A DNA stretch of 64,000 nucleotides from contig JBHOQQ010000172.1 in assembly GCA_042408955.1 (NCBI GenBank), positions 12,798 to 76,797 of the forward strand, given 5' to 3'. This document shows positions 10,005 through 18,921 of the stretch, piece after piece (the first letter of the stretch is position 1; every line of letters starts with the position of its first letter). The notes below the pieces were generated by a model. That model was not told the DNA's origin. It did no database searches and worked only from the letters and a program-made list of their open reading frames with translations. The position numbers and the translations under genes are program-made. The DNA is from Thermomicrobiales bacterium. GTDB taxonomy: Bacteria; Chloroflexota; Chloroflexia; Thermomicrobiales; UBA6265.

Positions 10005-10942
10005 TGACGATGCGAGTTGCGCGCAGTATCTTGTCGGTTCCAGCCTCATCGCTGCGCATGATCGAAAAAGCGCTTGCGAGCGAGGCAGATATCGTCTTTC
10101 TCGATCTTGAGGATGCCGTTGCTCCGGCAGAGAAGGCCGCGGCGCGGGCGAATGTGATCGCGGCGATGCGGGATCTGGACTGGCGGGGAAGGCCGCGCGT
10201 GTACCGGATCAACGGCCTCGACACTCCCTTTTGCTATCGCGACCTCATCGAGATCATCGAGGGTAGTGAGGGGAGGGCCGATCTCGTCATCGTGCCGAAG
10301 GTAGGCCGTCCTGAAGATGTCGTCGTGGTTGCAACCCTACTGGGTCAACTCGAAATGGCGACCGGCACGGCGCGGCGGATTGGCATCGAAGCGCAGATAG
10401 AATCGGCCTCGGGCCTCCTCGCCTGCGAGCGCATCGCAACGGCTGGTGATCGCCTGGAAGCGTTGATATTTGGTCCTGGGGATTTCGCGGCCACCATTGG
10501 TATGCCAAGCAGTGCGATCGGCACTCCTGATGATTGGGATGCCCGGTATCCAGCACACCGCTGGCACTACGCGATGGCGCGGATTGTGGTCGCGGCTCGG
10601 GCAGGAGGGTTGCGCGCCATTGATGGGCCGTATGCGGATATTCGTGATCTAGACGGGCTGAGGCGCTCCTGTGAACTCGCGCGTGCGCTGGGCTTTGATG
10701 GCAAGTGGTGTATCCACCCGGCGCAGATCCCCATTGTCAACGAGGTGTTCACGCCGACCGAGGCGGAGCAAGCGTGGGCACGGCGCGTCCTCGCTGCTTA
10801 CGAAGAGGCGACGGCCGCGGGACGTGGCGCCATCACGGTTGATGGGAAGATGATCGATGCCGCGAACGTGCGCATGGCCCAGCGGACGCTTGCCATGGCC
10901 AGTGGCAGGGATGTGGCTGGAGAGCAAGTCTCCAACGCTTGA
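10004..10942 (+). CDS. HpcH/HpaI aldolase / citrate-lyase beta (CitE)-like acyl-CoA lyase
   Basis: RSILSVPASSLRMIEKALASEADIVFLDLEDAVAP...RINGLDTPFCYRDL...VIVPKV. The ATG overlaps the upstream TGA (GTGATGA). Confidence 0.85.
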   Translation: MTMRVARSILSVPASSLRMIEKALASEADIVFLDLEDAVAPAEKAAARANVIAAMRDLDWRGRPRVYRINGLDTPFCYRDLIEIIEGSEGRADLVIVPKVGRPEDVVVVATLLGQLEMATGTARRIGIEAQIESASGLLACERIATAGDRLEALIFGPGDFAATIGMPSSAIGTPDDWDARYPAHRWHYAMARIVVAARAGGLRAIDGPYADIRDLDGLRRSCELARALGFDGKWCIHPAQIPIVNEVFTPTEAEQAWARRVLAAYEEATAAGRGAITVDGKMIDAANVRMAQRTLAMASGRDVAGEQVSNA

Positions 10943-10948
10943 GACGGA

Positions 10949-10988
10949 ATGCAACACCGGGCGCCCGTAACGGCGCCCGGTGTTGCAT
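10949..10988. terminator. Bidirectional stem-loop between convergent genes
   Basis: A perfect 17-bp stem: ATGCAACACCGGGCGCC (10949-10965) pairs with GGCGCCCGGTGTTGCAT (10972-10988), with a 6-nt loop. It lies between the CitE-like stop (10942) and the rpmE stop (11006). Confidence 0.7.
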
Positions 10989-11005
10989 CAGCGTGTGCGC
11001 GTTTG

Positions 11006-11419
11006 TTAGGCCCCAGTTTCGGCCTGCGGCTCCGCATCGGTGCCTGCCGCGCTAGCGCCCTCGGTGGCAGCGGCGGCCTGAGCGCGCGCAGCCGCCCTGG
11101 CAGCAGCCTCCTCGGCCGCCGCTTGAGCAGCCAGCTCCTCCTGGCGGCGCCGCTCGGCTTCGAGCCGAGCCTGACGGGCTTGCATTCGTTGCTTGCGCTT
11201 CGAAACGACTGGCTCGGCCGCAGCAACACTCAGCTTGCGCATGAACCGCTCAACCTGGCCAGCGGTGTCGACGATGCGCTGCTCACCTGTGAAGAATGGA
11301 TGGCAAACATTGCACAGGTCGGTCCGTAAAATCGGCTTGGTTGACCGCGTCGTAAAGGTGTTGCCGCACGCGCAGATGACCTGCGCCTCAACATACGGCG
11401 GATGAATGCCCGGTTTCAT
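11006..11419 (-). CDS. rpmE: 50S ribosomal protein L31 (Zn-ribbon type) with ~65-aa low-complexity C-terminal extension
   Basis: [29 protein letters not shown]...[25 protein letters not shown] is the canonical L31 core. It is followed by an Ala/Glu/Arg/Gln-rich tail, for 137 aa in total. Confidence 0.9.
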   Translation of the reverse strand: MKPGIHPPYVEAQVICACGNTFTTRSTKPILRTDLCNVCHPFFTGEQRIVDTAGQVERFMRKLSVAAAEPVVSKRKQRMQARQARLEAERRRQEELAAQAAAEEAAARAAARAQAAAATEGASAAGTDAEPQAETGA

Positions 11420-11437
11420 GATTGCTCCTCAGTGGTA

Positions 11438-11767
11438 TTAGTCCGCGGCAGACGCGAGTTGCTTCGCGGCCACGCCGGCTTCCGTCTTCGGTTGGCCGCC
11501 GACCGGATAAACCTCGGGCGGATAGACGCTAATCCGGCGCTTGTTGCGATGCACGGGCTCGAATTTCACCACACCATCAATCAAGGCGTAAATGGTGTGA
11601 TCCTTCCCGATGCCAACATTGTTGCCGACCCAGAATTGCGTCCCGCGCTGCCGGACGACAATGCTGCCGGCACGCACGAACTGGCCATCGTAGCGCTTGA
11701 CGCCGAGCCGCTTCGACTGGCTATCTCGTCCGTTTCGTGAGCTTCCAACACCCTTCTTATGTGCCAT
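11438..11767 (-). CDS. rpmA: 50S ribosomal protein L27
   Basis: [52 protein letters not shown]. Has about 20 extra C-terminal residues. Confidence 0.95.
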   Translation of the reverse strand: MAHKKGVGSSRNGRDSQSKRLGVKRYDGQFVRAGSIVVRQRGTQFWVGNNVGIGKDHTIYALIDGVVKFEPVHRNKRRISVYPPEVYPVGGQPKTEAGVAAKQLASAAD

Positions 11768-11834
11768 GGTCGTGTGATCTCCTTTCTCGCCGCGTCATGC
11801 TCCGCTCGACACCAGGGAGCCGATGGCCCCTGCG

Positions 11835-12251
11835 CTAGGCATTGATGGCCGTGATGGTCAGGTGCGACAACGGCTGGCGGTGACCGAGGCGGCGGCGATA
11901 CCGTTTCTTCGGCTTGTAGGTAAAGACGACGATCTTCTCGCCCCGAAAGTGGTCATCAACCCGGGCGGTGACGGTGGCGCCGCTGACGACGGGAGTGCCC
12001 ACACGCACTTCACCCTGGTTCGCCACGAGTAGCACGCGGTCAATCGTAATCTCAGTGCCAGCCTCGACGGGCAAGCGCTCGACCGACAGGCGGTCACCAA
12101 CTTGGACCCGATACTGCTTGCCACCCGTCTCGATGATGGCGTACCCCGCTGCCTGGGCAGCGGACGCGACTGGCGCGGCTGACGGCTCTGCCACGGGCTC
12201 GGCGGCAGCCTCGGCTGGCGCAGTGGTCGTTTCAGTTGCAGGATCGCTCAT
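11835..12251 (-). CDS. rplU: 50S ribosomal protein L21 with ~35-aa Ala/Pro/Glu-rich N-terminal extension
   Basis: Core YAIIETGGKQYRVQVGDRLSVERL...KIVVFTYKPKKRYRRRLGHRQPLSHLTI. The ORF stays open to 12458; ATG 12251 (MSDPATETT) is the first plausible start. Confidence 0.9.
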   Translation of the reverse strand: MSDPATETTTAPAEAAAEPVAEPSAAPVASAAQAAGYAIIETGGKQYRVQVGDRLSVERLPVEAGTEITIDRVLLVANQGEVRVGTPVVSGATVTARVDDHFRGEKIVVFTYKPKKRYRRRLGHRQPLSHLTITAINA

Positions 12252-12334
12252 CGTCTCGTCTCGCCTGGTTTCTCTGCCAACGTGCGGGATACCGCGCACA
12301 CGAAATCGGGTGCCAAACGCACCCGCGGCGGTAA

Positions 12335-12343
12335 AGTGTACCA
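12335..12343 (-). promoter_or_regulatory. Candidate extended -10 element for the rplU operon
   Basis: The minus strand reads TGGTACACT (TGn + TACACT) about 84 nt upstream of the rplU ATG. I saw no convincing -35. Confidence 0.25.
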
Positions 12344-12367
12344 CACTTTGCTCTGGGACACCGAACA

Positions 12368-12456
12368 TCTCGCTTCGCGTGCGCAGGGTGCGATCGTCGG
12401 CACGGTCGGAGGCGGCGGGCTCGTCACCTCTCGCTTCGCGTGCGCAGGGTGCGATC
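12368..12456 (-). repeat. Two perfect 28-nt direct repeats upstream of rplU
   Basis: GATCGCACCCTGCGCACGCGAAGCGAGA (minus-strand reading) occurs at 12429-12456 and 12368-12395, with a 33-nt spacer (61-nt period). Confidence 0.85.
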
Positions 12457-12679
12457 ACTTGGTACTAAAGACCGGTCCAAGCTACCTCGGAAGCGGTAGT
12501 GACCGTTGCCCCTTCGTTTGCGCGGGTAGTTCTCTGCCAAAAGCTCGTGCTGCGAAAACAATGTAGGAAGTAGGCTCGCTTACAGCGATCTCGCTTCGGG
12601 CATGGTAGCGTTGGAGGAGAAATGCTCGTTGATCTATTTCCGCGATGATTGCCACGGAGGAGAGGAGGTAGGGGGTTTT

Positions 12680-13036
12680 ATGGCCAAGATCGCGGTCGTC
12701 GTGTTTGCGGACTCGGAGTCTCATGCGGACTTGGGGCGAGTAGTCAATGCCATGTTGGTAGTCCGTGAAGCTGCTGAATCTGGCGATGATGTGCGCTTCA
12801 TCTTCGACGGGGCTGGAACAAAGTGGATCGCTGGATTGGAAAACCCAGCCCATCGCTCGCACAATCTGTATCAATCGATCCGTGGCCGTATCACTGGAGC
12901 ATGCAAATATTGTGCGGCAGCGTTCGGGGTTCTTGACAAAGTGTCTGAAGCCGGAGTGCCATTACTTGACGAATACCACCAGCATCCAAGCCTGCGGCGG
13001 CTCGTAGCCGATGGATACGAAGTGCTGGTTTTCTGA
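12680..13036 (+). CDS. DsrE/DsrF-like sulfur-relay family protein
   Basis: MAKIAVVVFADSESHADLGRVVNAML...VRFIFDGAGTKW...GACKYCAAAFG...LVADGYEVLVF. Strong SD (GGAGGAGAGGAGG) upstream of ATG 12680. Lies in a lower-GC region. Confidence 0.6.
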   Translation: MAKIAVVVFADSESHADLGRVVNAMLVVREAAESGDDVRFIFDGAGTKWIAGLENPAHRSHNLYQSIRGRITGACKYCAAAFGVLDKVSEAGVPLLDEYHQHPSLRRLVADGYEVLVF

Positions 13037-13206
13037 GCACCCGCTAGGTTACTTGCTCTGCAGCGTCCTCGGCACCTCGAGTCCAGAGAGGCTTGATGTC
13101 AGGGGCTCCGGAAGCCGAGTTTGCGCGGATTGGAAAGGTTTTCATGAGAATGCCCCCGATCGCCAGCGGAATGACGGTTCGTTACTCAGCGTTCTCCTGA
13201 TGCCGG

Positions 13207-14454
13207 CTAGACCGTTGGCGCAGAGGACGAGCGTTCCTCGCTGTCTCGACGTTGGTCGCGCTGAGGAAGTACCTTCAGGTGCTTCAGGTAGTCCCGAATC
13301 ATGAGCGCGGCAGTTGCTCCCTCGCCAGCCGCGCTGACTAGCTGTTTCGTGCTGCCGGCTCGGGCGTCTCCAGCCGCAAAGACCCCTGGAAGGTTGGTCT
13401 GTAACCTGGGGTCGGTGAGAATGAAGCCATGTTCACTAAGTTCCACCTTGCCTGCCAAGAATCCAGTGTTTGGTTACAGGCCAACGAAAACAAAGACACC
13501 TGAGGGATGGAGTTGTGTCGTTTCACCTGTACGGATGTTGCGCACCACGACAGAGGAGAGCCGTTTGTCACCGCGGAATTCCACGATGGTTGTCTCATAC
13601 ATGATGGTGATCCGATCTGAGCGCAAGGCCTTGTCCTGGGCGATCTTGCTTGCCGTGAGATAGGGTGAGCGAGTGACGATCGTTACCTGGCGCGCAAATC
13701 TTGTCAGAAACAGGCCCTCCTCAATCGCCGAATTGCCACCGCCGACGACGAGTACATCCTTCCCTCGGTAAAACGGTCCATCACAAGTAGCGCAGAAATG
13801 AACACCAGCGCCTATACAATCCTCTTCGCCGGGTACGTTTAGCCGGCGGTAGGTCGATCCTGGTGCCAGCAACAGAGCTTTTCCGCAGATACGGTCGCCA
13901 CTCGCCAGATCTACCCAACGGTCGTCGAGATCTATGCCGATATCCGTTACTTCAGATGCAGTTAGGGTCTCAATGCCGAATTGCCGGCATTGCTGCACGA
14001 GTCGCTCCACGAAGGCTGCTCCACGGATGCCCTCTGGAAAACCGGGAAAATTGTCGAGGCGCTCGGTAATTCCAGCCTGACCGCCGAGCGCACCGCGTTC
14101 AATGACCGCAGTATCCATTCCCTCCCGCGCCGCGTACAGCGCCGCTGTAAGGGCTGCTGGTCCCCCGCCGACGATGACGAGGTCATAGAACGAGCGGGTA
14201 AGCCGCGCTTTCAAACCAAGTTTTGCGGCGAGTTCGGCATTCGATGGTTCAACGAGAACCGAGCCCTCAGGAAACACGATCGTTGGAATGATCCGCTTGC
14301 CGTGATTGATCTCCTCCACGAAGCGCAATCCGTCAGCATCGTCTTCAATATCAATAAACTCGTACTGCACGCGATGCTCGCCAAAGAACGTCTTGGCTCG
14401 CTTGCAGTCACCACACCAAGTCGTTCCGTACATCCGAATGAGCGACCTTTGCAC
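13207..14454 (-). pseudogene. Glutaredoxin-like domain fused to thioredoxin-disulfide reductase, interrupted by an in-frame TAA at 13474-13476
   Basis: N-terminal Grx-like MYGTTWCGDCKRAK...; TrxR motifs VIVGGGPAALTAALYAA, CATCDG, VVGGGNSAIEEG; then GVFVFVGL-TAA-PNTGFLAGKVELSEHGFILTD...GVFAAGDA continues in the same frame. The two listed ORFs, 13474..14454 and 13207..13458, are in phase. Confidence 0.8.
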
Positions 14455-14610
14455 GGCGGGCTTTTTACCGCTGTTGGCCGGATGCGCACGGCGCGCTGAA
14501 ACACTGATGAAACAGATGGGAGGCGTTGAAAACTGGCACGAGGCCGGCGGCTGGAAGAAGGCAGCGAGCGCAGGTGATGCTCAAGGGATTTCGGGAGTTT
14601 CGCCTCGTAA

Positions 14611-15063
14611 CTACGTTGAATAGATGCCAGCAACGATAATGCCGAACACAATATGGAGCATAACGATGCCGGCGGGTACCATAGCTCCATAGCGCGCGCC
14701 AAACAGACCGGGAGTGGCCAGTGCTTTCCCAGTGCCCATCCTTGGATGGAATGCTGGCATCATCCCAAACGCGAAGCCTGCGATGATTCCATGAACGGCG
14801 CCAAACAGCGCACCCCATCCCCATGGTGAGTTGACGGCGAGCAATTCGAAAAGCCCAGCATAAAGAAGGCCAAACGCGGCACCCATCATGAGGTGAATCA
14901 TCCCTCCGACAATAGAGGTCCCTGTGCCTTCATCGTCCCGGACCATGAGTCCAAGCATCAAGGGCATATCCATCGGCATGCCCATCGCCCTGCCCATGTA
15001 CATCAGCACGGTCATCACGACGGTACCGATGATGCCTGCAAAGATCGCGCTTTCCCAGTCCAC
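14611..15063 (-). CDS. Hypothetical integral membrane protein (about 4 TM segments, Met/Gly-rich)
   Basis: MDWESAIFAGIIGTVVMTVLMYMG...GGMIHLMMGAAFGLLYAGL...GALFGAVHGIIAGFAFGMM...VPAGIVMLHIVFGIIVAGIY. I recognised no family. Confidence 0.55.
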   Translation of the reverse strand: MDWESAIFAGIIGTVVMTVLMYMGRAMGMPMDMPLMLGLMVRDDEGTGTSIVGGMIHLMMGAAFGLLYAGLFELLAVNSPWGWGALFGAVHGIIAGFAFGMMPAFHPRMGTGKALATPGLFGARYGAMVPAGIVMLHIVFGIIVAGIYST

Positions 15064-15378
15064 CGGTTTCCCCTTCTCGTGACTGCTCCTGTTATCTAGA
15101 GCTTGGCGGGCACCTGCTCCTGGAAGCTCAGCATAGGCGTCAGAATTGTGAGGCGCAGTAATCTTGCTTACATGACGCTATTCATCACTGCCTGGCGCGG
15201 CAGAAGCTTGTAAAGCAGGGCAGGGCCTCCTGGCTTCGTTGAGCAATCGCAACGGTGTTCCGGACGGTGCGCCAGGAGCGCCGGGTGTTTAGCAATCTTC
15301 ACGTGATCGTTGCGCAGTGGTCACTATACTTTTCAATGGATCATGGCCGGTCAGGCACACGAGTGACCATGGCTGGCA

Positions 15379-16185
15379 TTGGAACACATGATGACAATGC
15401 TGGACGCGAGTAGCTTGCCTTCAGAACGGCCCCTTATCCTAGTAGTCGACGATGAGCCGACCCTGCAAGAAACCATCGCTTTTAATCTCAAGCGCGAGGG
15501 CTGGGCAGTCGAGGTCGCCGGCGATGGTGCTACCGCGCTCGCTCGCTCGCGCTCGCTTAGGCCCGATCTGATCATTCTCGACGTCATGCTGCCGGGCATG
15601 GATGGCTTTCAGGTGCTGCGCCGCCTCCGCAATGAGTCCAACGTGCCGGTGCTCTTTCTCTCGGCCCGAGCGGAGGAGGTTGACCGGGTCCTCGGGTTGG
15701 AGCTTGGCGGCGATGATTACTTGACCAAGCCGTTCGCAATGCGCGAGCTCGTCGCCAGGGTGCGAGCCATGCTGCGGCGGGCAAGCCTCACCGGAGAGAC
15801 GAGCGCGGTTGAGCAGGGCGATGCCGACGCACTTCGGCAGCCTGCTCCGCTGTCTCAACGGACAGCAAACATCCTCACCGCTGGCGACTTGACCATCGAT
15901 CCGTTGCGCCGGGTGGCCGCGCTGCGCGGAGTGCCGCTTGCGCTCAAGCCGAAAGAATTCGACCTTCTGGCCTATTTCGCACGTCATCCGGGCATCGTGC
16001 TCACTCGCGAAGCGCTGTTGCGTGAAGTTTGGGGCTACGACGTTCCGATTGATACACGTACGGTGGATGTGCACATTCGCTGGCTGCGGCAAAAGCTTGG
16101 CGCCGATGATAACGATCGGCAGTGGATCGAGACGGTGCGAGGCTATGGATACCGGTTCGCTGTGCCGCCGGCATCTCACGAATAG
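15379..16185 (+). CDS. OmpR/PhoB-family response regulator
   Basis: Receiver domain LILVVDDEPTLQETI...DLIILDVMLPGMDGFQVLRRLR...DDYLTKPF, plus the winged-helix output LTIDPLRRVAALRGVPLALKPKEFDLLAYFARHPG...RTVDVHIRWLRQKL...ETVRGYGYRF. Start is TTG 15379 or ATG 15388-15397. Confidence 0.9.
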   Translation: MEHMMTMLDASSLPSERPLILVVDDEPTLQETIAFNLKREGWAVEVAGDGATALARSRSLRPDLIILDVMLPGMDGFQVLRRLRNESNVPVLFLSARAEEVDRVLGLELGGDDYLTKPFAMRELVARVRAMLRRASLTGETSAVEQGDADALRQPAPLSQRTANILTAGDLTIDPLRRVAALRGVPLALKPKEFDLLAYFARHPGIVLTREALLREVWGYDVPIDTRTVDVHIRWLRQKLGADDNDRQWIETVRGYGYRFAVPPASHE

Positions 16186-16214
16186 CAAATACCGGCCGTG
16201 GGAGCGCCGCGCTC

Positions 16215-18026
16215 GTGCCTGAAACGCTGCGAGGCCGGCTGGCCCTCACGTACGCTGCGGTCATTCTCGTGTTTGTTGCCGCGCTCGGCGGCTGGATCAT
16301 CTTCGCAGTCCGCGAACTCTACCTCCACCGGTTGGAGGCGCAGCTTGCCGAGGAGGCGCGTCTCGTCGCGGCGGCCACTGGACCCGCGCTCACTGCTGGC
16401 GCGCCACCGCCGGAGCTTGAGACCCTCGTGCAGCGCTTGAGTGAAGGAATTGACGCACGACTGACGATCGTAGCACGCGATGGCACCGTGCTCGCCGACT
16501 CCCAAGCGAGCCCGCAAACGATGCCAAATCTGGCGGAGCAGCCTGAGATCGCCGCAGCATGGCAATCAGGATATGGAAGTCACCAAGGCGCTGATGCTAT
16601 CGCCGTGGCAGTTCCCATTGAGGGAGGGCAAGGAGCGGTTGCGCGAGTATCGTTAGCGCTTGCGGGCGTCAGCGGGGCAATTTGGCGGATCCAGCGGAAT
16701 GTCATCGCCGGCGCCGTGGCCAGTGTTGCTGTCACCGCCGTGGTTGCCGTGCTGGTGGCCCGCCGGATTACCGGCCCGCTGGCAGCGCTCCAGCGCCACG
16801 CCACCGAGGTGGCCGCTGGGCAGCTTGACACCGAGGTTGTGCCCGTTGCCCCGAGGGAGCTAGCCGACGTGGCACGCGCTTTCAACGCGATGACCGCTCG
16901 CATCCGCGAGCTTATGGAGCTCAGCGAGCGCGAGCGCTCTCGCCTCGAAGCGATCTTTGCCAACCTTGGCGACGGCGTGCTCATCGTTGATGAGCGCGAA
17001 GCGGTCAGAAACCTCAACGCGGCAGCGGCAGCAATGATTGGCGTGAGTCTCCATTCCCCAGAAGGTCAGCCGCTCGTGGTCGTGGCCCGCGATCACGATC
17101 TCGTTGCCCTTGTTCGTAAGGCGCTTACTTCCGGTACCACCCAGGAGCAGACGATCCAGCACGCGCGGACGGGCCGGATCGTCGAGGCACTCGCCCAACC
17201 CGTGACAATTGGCGAAGAGCGGGTTGCGATCGTGGTGCTGCGCGATGTGACGACCGTGCGCCGGCTCGAAACGGTCAGGCGCGAATTCGTTGCCAACGTG
17301 TCGCACGAACTGCGCACGCCGCTGGCCTCTATCCGCGCGTTGGTCGAGACGCTCGAAGCCGGAGCGATGGACGATCCTGCGGTCGCGGGCGACTTCCTCC
17401 AACGGATTATCACCGAGGTTGACCGCCTGACCGCACTCGTTGATGAGCTACTCGATCTCGCGCGCTTGGAGTCGGGACGGATTGCGATGCGGCTGGAGCG
17501 CGTGCCGGTCCGCGATCTGGTCATCCATGGAGCCGAGCGGCTGCGGCCGCAGACCGAGCGTGCCCGGCTTAATTTGGTCGTGGATGTGCCAGACAATCTC
17601 CCGCCGGTTCTTGCCGATCGCGTGCGCATCGAGCAGGTCCTGGTCAACCTGATCCACAATGCGATCAAATTCACACCCGCGGAGGGAACGATCACGGTGC
17701 GAGCAGGCTCCGAGAATGATCGCGTATGGATTTCCGTGAGCGACACTGGCGTGGGCATCCCCGAAGCTGAGCTTCCCCGGATCTTCGAGCGTTTTTACAA
17801 GGCGGACCGTGCGCGCCGGACGGAAGGCACCGGCCTGGGCCTGGCGATTGCCAAGCATATCGTCCAAGCCCACCGGGGCACGATCGAGGCGTCGAGCGTG
17901 CCAGGACAAGGATCTACCTTCCGCTTCACCCTGCCGACTGCCGGTCCTGGCGAGCATCTGGCTGGCGTTACCGGCGCCCGGAGCGGGGATCAAGCGCGTC
18001 CTGCAGACCATCACCCAGGACATTGA
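16215..18026 (+). CDS. PhoR-like sensor histidine kinase (TM-sensor-TM, HAMP, PAS, HisKA, HATPase)
   Basis: H-box FVANVSHELRTPLASIRALVETL, N-box LVNLIHNAIKFTP, G-boxes SDTGVGIP and GTGLGLAIAKHIVQAHRG. The ORF opens at 16122 and overlaps the regulator gene; GTG 16215 is assumed. Confidence 0.85.
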   Translation: MPETLRGRLALTYAAVILVFVAALGGWIIFAVRELYLHRLEAQLAEEARLVAAATGPALTAGAPPPELETLVQRLSEGIDARLTIVARDGTVLADSQASPQTMPNLAEQPEIAAAWQSGYGSHQGADAIAVAVPIEGGQGAVARVSLALAGVSGAIWRIQRNVIAGAVASVAVTAVVAVLVARRITGPLAALQRHATEVAAGQLDTEVVPVAPRELADVARAFNAMTARIRELMELSERERSRLEAIFANLGDGVLIVDEREAVRNLNAAAAAMIGVSLHSPEGQPLVVVARDHDLVALVRKALTSGTTQEQTIQHARTGRIVEALAQPVTIGEERVAIVVLRDVTTVRRLETVRREFVANVSHELRTPLASIRALVETLEAGAMDDPAVAGDFLQRIITEVDRLTALVDELLDLARLESGRIAMRLERVPVRDLVIHGAERLRPQTERARLNLVVDVPDNLPPVLADRVRIEQVLVNLIHNAIKFTPAEGTITVRAGSENDRVWISVSDTGVGIPEAELPRIFERFYKADRARRTEGTGLGLAIAKHIVQAHRGTIEASSVPGQGSTFRFTLPTAGPGEHLAGVTGARSGDQARPADHHPGH

Positions 18027-18921
18027 ACGCGAAGACCGTCAGTGTGAGGGCGACGCCAGGGAAGGCCATGTACCACCAGGCATCGCGGAAATAATTCCGC
18101 GCGCTGGAGAGCATGGTTCCCCATTCGGGCGAGGGAGGCTGGGCGCCGAGGCCGATAAAGCTCAACGAGCTTGTCGAGAGGACCGCGTACCCAACGTCGA
18201 GCGTGACTTGGATGATCACCACCGAGATCGCGTTGGGCAAGATGTGCCGGACCAGCAGCCGTCCTGTCGACATCCCAATACTTCGAGCGGCTTCGACGTA
18301 CTCTCGTTCTTTGATCGAGAGCACCTGACCGCGGACGAGCCGCGCATACCACGGCCAGAAGACGGTCGAGAGGGCGATCATGGTGTATTTGAGGTCACGG
18401 CCGAGGGAAGCGGCAATCGCGATCGCGAGGACGAAGGCCGGAAACGCCAGGAACATGTCGGTAAAGCGCATCAGCAGCTCATCGGCAAGCCCGCCAAGAT
18501 AGCCGGAGACGGCGCCGACCAGCGTGCCAAACGCCACGGCAAAGCTCAGCACGACTGCTGCTACCTGCAGAGAGACGCGGGTACCGGTCATGATCCGGCT
18601 CAGGAGGTCCCGCCCGAGGTCATCCGTGCCGAGCAGATGCTCGCGGGAGGGCGGTTGGAGCTTCATCTCGACATAATTCTCGGGTGGCGTGTACGGATCA
18701 TAGGGAGAGAGTGCTTCGCCGAACAACGCGAGGAAGAAGAAGAGGATGACGATGATGACGCCAGCGAGATTGAGCCGGTTGCCGATGAGGAACCGCTTCA
18801 AGTTTCGCCAAAGTAGCGCTCTGGGCGATCGCTGCGGCAGCGTCGCCAGCGACGCGACTCGCTCCTCGGCCAAGGCGGCGGCAGCTAGCGCCGTCGTTGA
18901 TGATGCGTGTTCTGCGCTCAT
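17968..18921 (-). CDS. Peptide/nickel ABC transporter permease (DppC/OppC-like)
   Basis: ...LLGTDDLGRDLLSRIMTGTRVSL...EAARSIGMSTGRLLVRHILPN (EAA loop). The start overlaps the upstream permease stop. The 3' end overlaps the convergent kinase gene by 59 nt. Confidence 0.9.
   Translation of the reverse strand: MSAEHASSTTALAAAALAEERVASLATLPQRSPRALLWRNLKRFLIGNRLNLAGVIIVILFFFLALFGEALSPYDPYTPPENYVEMKLQPPSREHLLGTDDLGRDLLSRIMTGTRVSLQVAAVVLSFAVAFGTLVGAVSGYLGGLADELLMRFTDMFLAFPAFVLAIAIAASLGRDLKYTMIALSTVFWPWYARLVRGQVLSIKEREYVEAARSIGMSTGRLLVRHILPNAISVVIIQVTLDVGYAVLSTSSLSFIGLGAQPPSPEWGTMLSSARNYFRDAWWYMAFPGVALTLTVFAFNVLGDGLQDALDPRSGRR

Noticed and set aside
13474-13476. In-frame stop in the TrxR fusion as programmed recoding (selenocysteine or pyrrolysine).
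   Set aside because: The codon is TAA, not TGA or TAG. The position is a variable, non-catalytic residue of the GxFxxIGxxPNT segment. No SECIS-like hairpin is evident. A nonsense mutation or sequencing error is the simpler explanation.
15308-15329. Possible att-like direct repeat bounding the lower-GC islet: CGTTGCGCAGTGGTCACTATAC here, against CGCGTGCGCAGGGTGCGATCACTTGGTAC at about 12440-12465.
   Set aside because: The similarity is short and gapped (the GCGCAG..GTG..TCACT core only). No integrase or tRNA is nearby. I cannot distinguish it from chance in GC-rich DNA.
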